Source: Blasia pusilla
Taxonomy: Eukaryota
DNA length: 64,000 nucleotides
Assembly (NCBI GenBank): GCA_050084515.1
Contig: CM114271.1
Location: 3,968,001 to 4,032,000, forward strand
Direction of reading: 5' to 3'
In this document: piece by piece, positions 27,601 through 40,739 of the stretch
How the letters are laid out: every line of letters begins with the position of its first letter
How positions within the stretch are numbered: position 1 is the stretch's first letter
Made by a program: the position numbers and the translations under genes
The notes under the pieces: model-generated
What the model was told of the DNA's origin: nothing
Databases searched by the model: none
The model's input: the letters and a program-made list of their open reading frames with translations, nothing else

Positions 27601-29423
27601 GAGGAAGGTGCATTCTCGTGGCATGAGAGCCGAGATGTTGCGAAGGTTGGGAGAAATCATGTATGTAAATTGTTACGGGACTTACACATGACAAGTCATC
27701 TTGGATGACGCCAAGAAGGACCTGCAAGAATTTTATGAAGACTTTAGAGAGAGTGAGTTCGTCAAATATATACATACATGTTGGGAGCCAAAAATTGGTG
27801 AGTGATAGTTTTTTTTTTAATTGTATGCTAAATGCATGCTCAAAATTTTGTATTGGGATTGGAACTAATCTTTCATCCTTCATGCAATGACTTTAGAAAA
27901 ATGGGTAAAAGCAACAAGGGACTATCCTCATGCAAATCAGGACATAAATGCAGCGATTGAAAACTATCATAGAAGCATGAAGGCTATCCTTGACGGTGAT
28001 AACAAAACTTTATCTCATAGAAGAGAGGACTAACTAGTTTGGCATGGTATTTCCAACTTCAGCTGAAGGTGGAAATACCATGTCATTGGTAAGTTTCCAA
28101 ACTAGTTATAGAGGCATGGTATTTCCACCTTCAGCTGTAAAGGTATTTCCACCTAACCTTGTTCCGAGAATCTTCACCAAATCTGCTTCATTGTAATTCT
28201 CCTTCATCAAGACAGCTATCTGCATGATGGTGCATAATGTAAGAAGCAAGCAAGAAGTTATTATCTTAGACTCTATGGAGATACAACATTTGTGGAAGCT
28301 TATTTTAAAAATCTGCATTAATATTTCAATAAATTAAAGAGGTCCTTACAATATGCTTGCATATATTTCCCTTCAGGGACCATGGATATTCACAATGCCC
28401 CCACTATGTATCATAGTTGTAGACTTCATACCATATGTTCTCCAAAGTCTAGCTCCGAACTCTCGCCACACTCACTTCCCCTCTAGCACGCATGAGTTCT
28501 ACATCACCTTCAGAAATTGCTTTTTCTTTCAAGACAACATTATTTATATATTTCTCATGCATGGCATTCGTCACAAATTCCCTTTGTTTCAACAGCTGAA
28601 GCTGGAAATACCATGCCTCTATGCCTCTAGAGTCTAAGATAATAACTTCTTGCTTGCTTCTTACATTATGCACCATCATGCAGATAGCTGTCTTGATGAA
28701 GGAAAATTACAATGAAGCAGATTTGGTGAAGATTCTGGGAACAAGGTTAGGTACAAGACATGGGGGGATTGCTCATCTAAAGCTCATAAGACAACAATCC
28801 AATGACAAAGAGGAAAACGGGGCTAACGAAGCTGTCACTAATGATTGGAATGAGGATGAAGGTAGGTAAAACAACTACGTTTAATCATGTACTTTTCTTG
28901 GATTATGTGACTAGTAGGATTTATGATAGAAACTCAATTTAAGAAGTTGATTCTTAACCAGCTGATAGTTTTAAATCTTCAGTGTATGATGTTAGAAACC
29001 ATTCCACAAACCTATGGCTTACTTCGAGGCCCTTCAAAAGGTGGAGCTGGGACCATTGTGGAGGAATTCGAAAACTTGGTTGTAGGTATACGATGATCAT
29101 GTCTGAAAAACACAAGACTCTTCACTTTGGCGACAAGAGCCCTTAAGGAGATAGGCGGGAGGATTGAGATAGCAAGAATAGCGGATGAAAATGGAGTGTC
29201 ATCCCATCTCGAAAATCCATTTACCACTTATGAGGATGGATTCTTCAACAACAATTCTATTAGACGAGTTCCATCGAATATTGAACGTTGGTCAAGACAT
29301 AGAGGAAGATCAACAAGATCTATGAAAATACCTATAAATGCTACAGAAAGTCCACAAGATTCATTCACGAACCTACGGTCCTTCCCCAAAGCAAAGACTA
29401 GAAAGACAAAGTTGGGCCCATAA
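24684..29423 (+). pseudogene. Spliced MULE-type transposase with SWIM zinc finger, degenerate
   Basis: Motifs YVPWERIYDFVDGE, YCCAYGPND, RGGCQCHL, KPCHG and FAPQIS. Catalytic region: SMDSTFGTNR, LLVFDNHHSGIPIAWI, WEPNAIIVDD, LCIWHVRHDW. SWIM motif HCEYPWSLKGNICKH lies on the minus strand at ~28350-28395 because of a local inversion. Stops and frameshifts present. Confidence 0.8.
25418..25616 (+). repeat. 21-bp-period minisatellite with GGAAACCATT core
   Basis: Cores at 25418, 25441, 25462, 25483, 25504, 25525, 25546 and 25566. Confidence 0.9.
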
Positions 29424-32400
29424 GCCCAACTTGATAAGGAAGCATTACTTGCCCGAACAATGGCTACAACCCATCAAACTGGATATAGTTTGATGGTGAT
29501 TGGACATGTAAGTGCTTGGGCATTATCTTGTGACATGCTTTCTCATCAATCTAGGGAGTTTGAAGATGTGAGTGAAGTGTTTGGGGAAATTTTTGGAACT
29601 TCAATTCAGAAATTGGAGAAGAGTAATGAACGCTATTTCATTATTATTACCTACTCATTTTCTTTCTTTGATATTGAGATCGAGAGTGTCAGCGTCTTTT
29701 TAGCCTTTTGAGGGTATGTACAAGATAGGAAGTTCAACTTGTATAAATTTTCACCATTGATCTATGTACCCCATGTGCACAACCAGAAACGTGTGGTGAA
29801 ATTTGCATGTAAAATTGGCACCTTTTATTCAGTCATTGCTTGATGTTCACTTATATCCTTGAGTGCAAAGATAAAAGTTAACTTGAGATGAAGATTTGAA
29901 GTCCATTGCGATGATCTTTGGCATGACACATGTGTTTGTAACTTTCGGTGTGGAGGATACTTCTTTGCATTCTAAAAACCATTTAGTCAGAGGTAGGAAA
30001 CCATTCCTCGAGATATCGCTTGGCGTTGAGGCGTTGTGTGTGGAGTGTAAAGGCATCTTGTGTTCCACACAACATTGTCTACTGTTAACGGGGGAACATC
30101 GAGCCTCCTTCGGCAGCTATTGCAAAAGTAGGGACGTAGGGTTCAAGCCGTCGAACAGGAGAGCGCAGCCCGGGGGAGGGAAGTGGCGAGGTGAGAGAGG
30201 GGGGGTGGGTTACAATGTCGGAGGTCTGTGATCCAATAAGCGATCTAAAAGAGAAGGAGAGCAAGGAGGAGAAGCTTCCTGGGAGCGAAGGGAGAAAGCA
30301 AAGCAGAGGGCCAAGCAGGAATGTACAACCGAGGATACCAAAAGGTACTTGTGAAGTCCTCCTCCATCACACCTTTTTATGGTTTTCATATCATCTTAAT
30401 GCTCGTTAATCTTTTCATCCATTCTAGTTCTTGCCACAATGGGCCATGCAAGAGGTGCGATCGATAGTCCCAAGGATGCACGACATAATTCTGGAATCCA
30501 AGGGGAAAAAATAGAGGACCAAGGCATTTCACTCATATGTTGGCATGTACAAAGGAAGCGGAAATCTTATGTTGAAATTGCCTTCAATGACCCACTTTCC
30601 CGACCTTTCAAGAATGATTTTGACAATACTTTCTTTAATATTTTCATGCGCCCTTCAGAGAAAAAAACATAAGAGAAGACAAAACTACTTTTGGGGAGTT
30701 CCGAGATTTGTCAAATCGTGTCAACTTGCTTTCCCAGATTGGTAGTCATATGGAATCAATCATGAACAACTTTGAGAGTGAGAGATTGCTACTCCAAGAC
30801 CTTGATAGTATAATCTTACAGCAATCCATGGATGGCTTTCTTGAAGCAACTCAAGAGTTTACTTTGCATTTGCATAAACTTCTGGATGTGGAGAATATGA
30901 GTGTGTTGACAGAGTGAGAAAAAAAAAAGACTCTTTCAATAAGAATTGTAGCGCTTTGGAGTTGTTACATGCTCAGATTAAATTTCATTTAAGGCCCCAA
31001 CCTGACAATGGCATGTTTGATAAAAGTATTTTGAGGCCAAGATAGAATGTCATAACTTTGGGTATTCATAATAAAGTTGTCTCTTCAACAACTACACCAA
31101 CATCATTGGTCAACTTGCTCACATAAGAAGGTACATGAATGAGACCATTTTGAGTAGGAAAGTTTGCTATTGTGTAATAAGCAACATTTGTTATAAACCT
31201 TGTTGCAAGGCTCCAATGCAATCATTCAATGCAAAGTATTGCTCCTTTACCTTATTTTCCTGATCGACATAAGACCCTAACACACAAGAGTTGGTCCTAC
31301 TAGTGGTATGTTGCAATACATGCCATATAATGTCGAGTGATATAGGTGTTCCTCTTGGACTCTCTATCAAAGCACACATGCATCTGCAATTTCTTTTGTG
31401 TGAAAGAACTGGAAACCATTATGTTAATGCTTTTGCATATGAGCGGGAGGGTTGAGGCAATCCGGAATGGAATCCCGATGGGAAAAGAAGACACCATTCC
31501 ACAACCCTGAACAAGAGTATGGATTGTAAGCTCTTCGAGTTGTAAGCCCCATTTGGATGTTTCAATACACGCAAATAAGTTGAATAAGGGGATATCCTAA
31601 TAGGGATTTGTTGCCTAAAATATAAGGTGTGCCTTATAAAAGGACGATTTGGTGAAGCCCCTTGGAAAACATGTAGGGAAATGCGCGTCGGTGTAGGGAA
31701 ATGAGCGGATGAGTTGACGGTTCCCGGAATGGCTTCTCCATGATTAAAGTGGATACCATTCCGTTCATCTATCCAAACAAACTGAGGGATACAAGTTTTT
31801 AGGAATTGATTTTCCAAGATTCATCTCCGTCTCGTTTGGTTACATGCAAAGAAGTCCAATAAGGGAACATACCAATGAGGATTTCTCTGCCTAGACTTGA
31901 AGGTGTGGCGTCAAGTATCCAAAGCGGTTCAGAATGGGCTCCCTTGAAATGTCATGGAAACCATTCAGCCATCCCCCTTGATGCGAGAGAAGACACAAGA
32001 TTGAGCCAAACTAAGCAACATTGGAACATGATAGAAATTTTCAAACCTGATCGACTCTTCTCTTCCGTGTAGAGCGGAGCTCTTCCCAGTAAGGAGTAAA
32101 AATAAACGGTGGTTGTACTCCCTCAATCCACACGAAGGAGGAGCAGATTCCCTTCTCTTGCACACGAATACGAAAGCTGCGGAAGGAGCCAACACAGGAG
32201 CGGAAGCTGGCCAACATCCTGGAGCCTAAATTGTAGGGTAGGAGCGGAAGGGGAGGTGCCCGCCACCTTAACGATTGTGTCAAACACGAACAACGTCAAA
32301 CACCTTGGATTCCTAACATACGAACCATGAGCCTTGTGAACACGCTGGAGTGAGAGAGACATTAAAACAGGGTTGGAAATTCACCAGAGCTGACCAAAAC

Positions 32401-33969
32401 GTGAGGATAATGGGACCCCGATTGGAGGAGCAGCCTCCGATTGTGCAAAACGCAATTGTCACGGAGCCTCCAGATTCAGATGTGGTGAACTAGACCTACA
32501 AAGCGCAATTGCCGAATTGGAGGATGCAGAACGCGGGGCAGGAGGCGACGAGCGGATCAAATGCAGAGTGGAATGAACACGGAATGAACAAGAGTGTACA
32601 ACGGCTCGTGGTTCGGCCTTTTGTCGCTTTTCAAATTTCAAACACCATCCGATGTCTGATGCCTATGCCTCCACCATACATGCCGACATCCTTGCATGGG
32701 CATATCATCACGTGGAAATCCCCGTCACGGATATCCGCAGCGGGGGTGAGTGAATGGCGATAATTGAACTGCTGCCGGAAGTTATCAAGTGACGCCGGGA
32801 GTTTACTTTCTGGGCCGGATAGATGTGGGGCCCGAATGTGACCCTCTCACCCGTCCGAAGGGGAGCGGCCCGGCTTGCATTAAGACGCTAAGTACTATCT
32901 CTAAAGCACAGCAAAAGTGACACCGTTTTGGCTGGACTCATGAAATTCACGTAACAATGGTTGACTTTGGAGAGTCTGTCTGAGTGTGGTCAATTGCATC
33001 GAGACAACGGCGGCATTCCAAAGAATCCAAATGAGTAAAAGCTCTGCGTTGGGAGGAAAATCCATATACGTTTATTGGACTGCGCGCAGAGGGAAATTGC
33101 TGGGATAGTGCCGTGGTCGCCAGCAGGGCGAATAGCCGACGACTACATGACCAAGATGTCTTCAAGAGGTGTCGCATCCAGAGAGGTTTATTTGGACAAA
33201 GTGCATAGGGCTGCCTAATTTTGGGGCGCAGTTGACTCTTTCAAAAGCTTAATTTCCACCTTTCTGTGTTCTCGTTCCTGCTAGTCAAGCTACGTTCCCA
33301 GTTTTGGGCAGGATCCTTGCTGCCCGCACTCATTTTGTGTCAACTCCTTCCCTGTAATTGCGTTTCTTCCTTCAACATAGCCTTGTCTGATGAGAAAAAA
33401 TATGGTCAATGCGGGATGAGGATGCGAGGGGGATGCCTGTTTAATAATCTGCATTTTCTGCAGACTTGCAACATTGGTTGGAATAGGCATGAAGATGCGA
33501 TTCTGTGTAGCTCTCTTACAGGTGACAGGAACTCCTAGAACTGGAATTCACATGCCTGGCAAGTAGGAGCAGTTTGGACAAGACGTGACGCAGTCGTGCA
33601 GCAGTTCACCAGAGTTTTAAGGCCTCTCACATGAGTCAAAAGGTGGCCAAACGAGGAAAATTAAAGCCTGACATGTTGAAACGGACGTTATCTACGTGCA
33701 TGTGGATTGGCCACTGGAAAAAGAAACCAAGGTTCTTGAATTGCGGCTCTTGGAAGCAGCGCAGAAGACAAAAGGGAAAGGCGGTAACTGAGCAGGGGAA
33801 GTGTAAGCTTTTCCACAAGCAACACTGATCTACTGCATTTCGAGGTTGATTATTTCAAGAGCATGATAAATATCTCCTCGCAAGAGAATGAGTATGTGGA
33901 TCGATCCAAGTTTCCAATCATTTGCCGAGTAAGCTGATAGCAGGGGAATTGGGCACCGAAGGCAATGTG

Positions 33970-36900
33970 ATGGGAATTTTCTCCCAGACTCGGAACATGG
34001 AGAAGTGGACTGTTATGGTGGTTTTTATCGTAACGAGCTTGCTGCTACTGTCAGGCCGATGTAGTTGCTCAAAATTTTCACGTGTAATATTCATAAGCCT
34101 GCGCTTCGCGTGTGCACAAAGCTCAAATTTTGTGGTTTGGATCCAGTTTAGGGTTGCTAGCTGAGAACCTTTTCGAAATTGAAATCTTCCTTCAGGAATT
34201 AAAGGACAAGAATGATGCTTCTAGAATCACATGAGTGTATTGTACTTGTGCTCAGAGATGATGTTCGAATGCCAGACGTGGTGTGGTTCTCAGAGACGAT
34301 CTGGTGCGGACAGGTCCACATCCATACGAGATTCGTTACAGCTGATTGAACTATGTCTCTTCTGACGCTCAAATTCAATAATGAGGAAGTTAATAAGTTA
34401 GTCATCTATTTTGCTTTCTACTAGAGGTCTTCACCCAGAAAATTCTCAGAAGAAAGAAGGATGATGTTCGAGGCTCAGATTGCTTATAATCGCTCGTACT
34501 GTCGGCACTCAAATATTTGTTCTGTTTGTGGGCTGGCCAACAACAGAATATTCGAAGTCCATGGGTGAATCATGGAGGTGGACTAAGCAACCAGCGTGTA
34601 GCTCTGCACGAGAGGAAGATCAAAAGCACGTCATTGGCGAGCCTTTCTGTGAACTGGCAGTTCACCACGGGCGATGATGTGACAGCCACACCAGCGATTG
34701 CTGATGGGGTGGTCTACTTTCCAGACTGGGGTGGAAACCTCTACGCTGTAGATCAAGTTACCGGTCGTCTCATCTGGCAAAAGAAGTTGATTGATCTCAC
34801 TGTAGGACACTTAACCTTCGTTAACAATACCAACGTCTCAAAGTTTTTCCCAAAAACCATGATCTCCAGGTCCACCCCCACAGTTACCAGGGATCTGCTG
34901 GTGGTGGGACTCTATAGTCCTGGTGCAGTCATCGCTGTGTGCCGGTCAACTGGAGAGCTGATTTGGGCCAAGCAGCTTGACACAAATCCATATGCCCTGA
35001 TTACTATGTCTGGAACTGCTTATGACGGGTATGTTAATCATTACTTCCAATTGGTGCTGCTATCAAATCATTGGCGAGTCTCTCAATCACCTAGGGACCG
35101 GAAATTGACAGCTGCTGCGTAGGATTGAAAAGATGAATACCTTGTTCATCAGCCGTCCGGAGAGATGTAGACTATACTCACGAGGGATTGCCAGACTAGT
35201 CATGTAGTAGTGCGTGTTGTACTAGCTACCAAGGTACTGGCAGAGACGACTTATTTAGTGCCTGTCATGGCCTGCCATCATAGACCCGCTGCTTTGGTTG
35301 GACAATGCTGTAGACTGATAGTGGTGCAGAGGGAGGAAGAAGTGAAGAACGTGTAATATTAGAGGAGGGAGAATACCTAGTATAGAGTGAGTGCTTCCCA
35401 TTCTGAGTGTTGGTGTGGAGCTTCCGGTCAGCCAAAACTCTTGACTACGATCCCCAAAATACGTTTCTTACCAGTGCAGCAGCTTTGGTGAGTGAATCTA
35501 GGCTACTGAACTGGATGAACAGCTCTGGTAGTACCAGCTTAGCAATTGCGACATATGTTGTTGGTCTTTGTTTGGTAAATTTCGCACGAGTGACCAAATA
35601 GTGACTGGAGGTGTAGGACTTTGCTTGTGTTCCCATCCTGCTTGTTTTGTGCATGAAGGAGACTGCTCCTGTCCTGAATCTGACCTTGAGTCAGGTTCTG
35701 AAAAAAGTAGGTCCCTGTATATAGTTCTTGAATTCTTCTGGTTCAAGAAGCTCAATTCAAGATCTTCATTCAAGAGACTGTACTCATTAAGTAGTGCCTG
35801 TCATAGCCTTGCGACCATAGACCCCTCGCCCTGGTTGGACGGTGCTTGAGACTGGGATGGGTGGAGAGAGAGGAGCAAGTGAAGAAGGTACCATATAAGA
35901 GGAGGGAGATACTCTCATATAGTGTGAGTGCTGACCAAACAATGTGTTGGTACGGAGCTTCCAAGTGTCAACCAAGAAACTCTTCACCACACCATCTACT
36001 TTACCTGATTGGGATCCCCAATAGGCATTACTTACCAGTGCAGCAGCTTTGGGCAATAAATCAAGGCTACTGAATGAGTTGAACAATTCTGGTGTTACCA
36101 GCTTAGCAATATCAGCATATGCGTTGTGAATTTTGCGCAGGAGACCAAGTAATGACTAGAGGTTTCATCCCCATCGTCACACAAGGCGCGAGAGTTAAGT
36201 TGTGTTCCCATCCTGCTTTTCTTATGGTTAGAGGGGATTGCCCCCGTCCTAAACTTGATCTTGAGCTGGGTTCCCAAGCAAAGGGTTCCCCACAAATAGT
36301 TCTTCAGTTCAACCTTCTCCAGATATACCATCCTTCATTCAAGAGAGAAAGGACGGACTTTTTGTTTACTCCTTTAATGATGTGTTCCAGAGACTTACAG
36401 AAAGAATAGTGAAAGTGTTGCCTCTTGCTCCTCTACGAACTGAATCCCCAGACCCAAATCAAATGAGAAAGAATGAATGTATGATTGTGCTGAGATATTT
36501 TAAAGTCTGAAAGATCTACTCTACCACTTTATGCATCTAGTAAATTTAAGTCTTCAGGTTCTGTTGTTCATCCACCATGCCCTCTGTATGTTCCTACCAA
36601 ATGTGAAATTCGTGTATGATTTCTCATTTGCTCCTTCAAAAGATCTAGAAATCGTTCCTGTATTCCTTGGTGCTTGGAGAGGAAGATTCATCCTGATGGC
36701 AGGTAGTGTTTCTGTGCAGTGCATTTTATACAGGAACTTCCTCATTGGAAGAAGGAATTTTGGGAATAGACTGCTGCACCTTCCAGGGAGCCTTTTTCAA
36801 AATGGACCTTAAGACTGGAGAGATCGTATGGAAGGTTCCCATGACCCCTGAGAACGGAGGTGGGATAGGAGGCTATTCTGGAGTGGCAGTATGGGGTAGC

Positions 36901-38765
36901 AGTCCATCCATCGATGTCGTCAGGAGACTAGTCTTCATAGCCACAGGAAATGCGTACACCACACCTCCAGAGGTTGATGCCTGTTTAGAAAGAGAGAGAA
37001 ACGCAACCTATCCACCGTTTCCTGACGTTTGTCTCCCAGCTGATGACCACCAAGAGTCCATTCTCGCGATAGATCTTGATGATGGGACTGTCACTTGGAG
37101 TAAACACTTGGGAGGCTATGATACTTTCAACTATGTTTGTGTCTTTCTTCCCAGGCCTTCATCTGCTAATTGTCCAGCAGTAGTTGGTTCTGATTACGAC
37201 TTTGGTATGTGCCCCATGATTCTAAGAGTTCGAGAAGCTGGTGGCGGGAAGGGATGGAGAGATATTGTTGTGGCAGGACAGAAAAGTGGGTTCGTGTGGG
37301 CACTTGACAAGGATAGTGGTGATCTTTTGTGGGTTACTGTAAGTTTATTGATCTACCCTTGCAGGAGAAAATTTCTATACTGCTAGGTTTTTCTCCCTAA
37401 TCTTATATTGTAGCTGGCTTTTACGTACCAACTCCCCACTTCAGTGAAGTTGAAAGGTAGATTGACCTGCGTGTAACTCAGTCCCAGTTTCATAGAAACT
37501 TGAGAACTCGTAAGGCTAATAAAACTAGCCTCTCGTTCATTATCCCAAAGTCTCTACCTGGACAGTCAACTAAGCTCCCTACCAATGTCCGTCACAAGAC
37601 AGTAATTGCTGGTCCATTTTCTTTGGTTAGCACAACCATAGCTAGTACCTTATGTATTTAGTCCTCTAGTGTCTGGAGGTGATCCATGTTTTGATCTTGA
37701 AATTTGGTTGATCTTGTTCATGGTTGAAGGTTTAGGTCTTCATCTTCTTGCTGGTATCTATATGTGAGAGCACGACAGGAGGGAAAATTCTTGATCATGG
37801 TTCATGGGACAAACAGGTTGCAGGGCCTGGTGGTTTCATTGGAGGAAGTTCATGGGGTTTGACAACAGATGGAGAGCGGGTGTTCACCAACATGATCAAC
37901 AATGAGCGAAGAAATTTCACTCTACTGCCTTCTGCTAAAGTGACACAATCAGCGGGTTGGGTAGCTCTAAATGCGACCAATGGAGACGTCCTTTGGGCCA
38001 CAGCGGATCCGTTTAACAGTACCACAAACGCTCCGGTGAGTTTCTGATGTTGCCAGCTGTAGAGAGTTTATTTCCACAAGTTCGAAACAGCAATGTGGCG
38101 ATGATTTTGTCTTGAACTCCTAGACTAGGAAAAAATCAAATCAAATTATGAAAAAATGTAGCTTGATGGGACGAGTCTCAATCCAATATATGCCTTAGCA
38201 TTCCAATCCTTGGCTGCGGGTCTCCATGCAGCTTAAATCGAATCAATCTTTGTTTGATTGGCACTACTTCATACTCTGAGAAGGGTTTGGACTTAGAACC
38301 CTAAAATTTTTATATGATGACAGAGGTATTACAAACGGAAAATGAAGATATCTGGAATGTCTTTGACCATGTTGATACCTGTTACTGTTCTTCGAGTCTC
38401 CATTGGAATCTTGGAGACTCGAAGAACAGTAACAGTACATTCAGGTTGCAAATTAAGCTAAGATTCAGAATCATGAGGCGGACTCAAAAAGGCTTCCCAC
38501 CTCTGAAGCACTTTCGTTCTGAATTTTGCAGTTGACATATGCCAATGGCGTGGTTTTTGGTGGATCAGTGCAACCTGGGAATGTGGTGGCATTAGATGCA
38601 GTTACGGGGAAAGTATTGTGGACATATCAAACACCAGGGGCCTTTTATGGAGGAATATCTATTTCAGATGGTTGTCTGTTTGTTCCTGTTGGCAATACTC
38701 CCATAGGGATAAATAATGCCCCCAACAGTACTCGCGGACTATCTGTCATCAATCTTTGTATATAA
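33970..38765 (+). CDS. Secreted PQQ-type beta-propeller protein, polyvinyl alcohol dehydrogenase-like (5 exons)
   Basis: Exons 33970(or 33997)-34083, 34547-35028, 36720-37338, 37817-38035 and 38532-38765 join in frame with GT-AG introns. Hydrophobic signal-like N-terminus. Motifs WVNHGGGLSNQR, DVTATPAIADGVVYFPDWGGNLYAVD, CCTFQG, YSGVAVWGSSPSID, DYDFG, VAGQKSGFVWALDKDSG, ALDAVTGKVLW. Confidence 0.88.
35243..35760 (-). mobile_element. Older LINE 3' fragment in intron 2 of the PVA-DH-like gene
   Basis: Diverged homology to the reverse complement of 23500-24050. Confidence 0.7.
35778..36332 (-). mobile_element. 5'-truncated LINE copy with 14-bp target-site duplication
   Basis: cttcattcaagaga at 35764-35777 and 36333-36346. 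Minus-strand ORF LKIKFRTGAIP...ALCDDGDETSSHYLVSC. Same 3' end as the copy ending at 24051. Confidence 0.9.
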
Positions 38766-39567
38766 CACTTGGATTGTATATAAACCTCAATATCATAGAG
38801 GTGACAGGAATGTGTGCATGGTTTATCAGACAGGAGCTTGTGCAGTCACGAGCCTTCCACGGCTTGGTTTCATCTCATCCACCTTTGAATGAATTTGGAT
38901 CCACCTTGGAGGTGACTTCAAATTCTCCAACTTGACCCCGTCTTTTTTTGATGTCGGAGTTGAATTGGTTTGGTTGGAGTCCCCTTGGCTTTAAACACGA
39001 ACAAGTATCACTTGTGGTATTTGCACGTGGTTATGGCCGTGAGTGATAAATTCTGTCGGAGTCTACTAATGAGTCAAGATGTCTTCACTTCAAGTGAAGT
39101 TGGCCATGCACTTCCAATTGGAGAGTGCTAAACCATTTGTAGATCTCTTAGGTGTTGTTCATCCTTTACCTATGCACATCTAGTATGAGGTTTGTAATGG
39201 GGCCTATTTTGATGAGGGATTATTGTTGAATTGGGATTTGTTCAAGTAGATTTGAGTTTGCCATATGTAGTAGAAGAAGAGATGTTGCAACTGAAGATAC
39301 CATTGGGTCTATCATTTGTCTTACTTGTTATACATCTCCCCCCTTTATTTGGAGTTTTCAAAAAGATTTTGTTGAATATGGTATAAGATTTGAAATTACA
39401 TTTCAACTCCTCGGTAGGAAAAAGGGAGTTGGACGGTGAGAAATTCCACATCCCTTTATATTCTTGTGAAGCATGGATGAAAAGATTGAGATAGAAGATC
39501 TAGATGAATGGTCAACAAAAGAAACCAAAAAGGACAAGATGAAGTATGATGACTCTTCATCCAAATG

Positions 39568-40567
39568 TTACCCAAGTGAGAAAGAAAGGAAGTGCATTGG
39601 TGCACAATGTCTCTTAGATCCAAACCCCCTTTTGGAGCATATCACTTTCCAACCCTCTAAGCTTCGAGAAGAGAATGTGTATATTCAACTTTTGGATAGC
39701 ATTTTTCTAAATTAATTTAGAACCTGAAGGAAGCCTTTAGGAAGGCCTTAAAGGAGGACATGTATACGTGAGTCCTCAAAGTAGGTCACAAGTCACCTAT
39801 TGATCTTTTTATTTCAATATGGTTTCAAATGAGCCAAAATGATGGGGAAATCCGCTCTCTCAGGTTATCAATGGTCTCAGCTGGTCATCGCGGATCTCCT
39901 AAGGTTGTCATCCACTATCTTCCAAGGTGCTCTATTAGGTTCCGTCGATTTGTTCTAAAAGTCATGATATGTTGGACTTGGAATGTATTGTGATATTTTC
40001 CATATCCATTGCGCATGAGAGTATGCACCTTTATATTTGAAATATGTGTGTTAAATAATCTTCCCAATTACATTTACAATTACTTTGGGAGAAGCAAATT
40101 TTTTTTTATCTTGGTTTATATGAAAATATAATGTATCCTAATACTTTCAAATCTATTGGGCTAGAAATTCCATCATTCTTATAATTAGCTCAATTTAAAA
40201 TTAGCAGCAGACCTATCTGATACATGAAATAACATTGAAGTATTGACATCTTGCGTCAATAATAATAATCAAACAAGAGTAGATCTTGTGATTCAATAAG
40301 GCGACCATTTGTGGAGCTTGGATTAAAGATTTCAAGTGAGTGATTTGGGACCTACTTTGAGGATCCATATATACATGTCATCCTTTAGGGCCTTTCTCAA
40401 GGCTTCCTTCAGGTTCTAAATTAGTTTAGAAAAGTGATATCTAAAAGTTGAATATATACACATTCCCTTCTCGGAGCTTGGAGGGTTGGAGAGTGGTATG
40501 CTCCAAAAGGGGGTTGGATCTAAGGGACATCGTGCACCAATGCACTTGCATTCACTATTTCGGGTAA
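39568..40567. mobile_element. 1-kb non-autonomous element with ~240-bp terminal inverted repeats
   Basis: 39568-39810 is an imperfect inverted repeat of ~40326-40567 (e.g. aagtgcattggtgcac / gtgcaccaatgcactt; tttagaacctgaaggaagcc / ggcttccttcaggttctaaa). Confidence 0.8.
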
Positions 40568-40712
40568 GTTATTATTTTGAATACATTTGACTTTCCATTT
40601 TGGCCCCTCGTTTTGCAAACTCCTCTTCTCTTGATGATTGGCATTCTTAGCCAATGAGAGCACTAGAAATTGATTTAAAATGACATTCAAAAATTACGAG
40701 AGTTAATATAAA

Positions 40713-40739
40713 CCCATGCATCGTACATGCTTATACTAG
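40713..40739 (+). mobile_element. Degenerate Helitron 3' terminus
   Basis: cccatgcatcgtacatgc-ttata-CTAG|T. Confidence 0.45.

Larger units (their letters stand above)
24630..32896 (+). mobile_element. Mutator-like element, boundaries approximate, no matched TIR pair found
   Basis: Contains the MULE transposase pseudogene. The GGAAACCATT motif persists to 31965. Decayed ORF-like sequence lies at 30.1-32.7 kb, and a GC-rich end-like segment at 32800-32896. Confidence 0.45.

Noticed and set aside
31419..31817. 132-aa minus-strand ORF
   Set aside because: No recognisable motif; it cannot be distinguished from decayed TE sequence.
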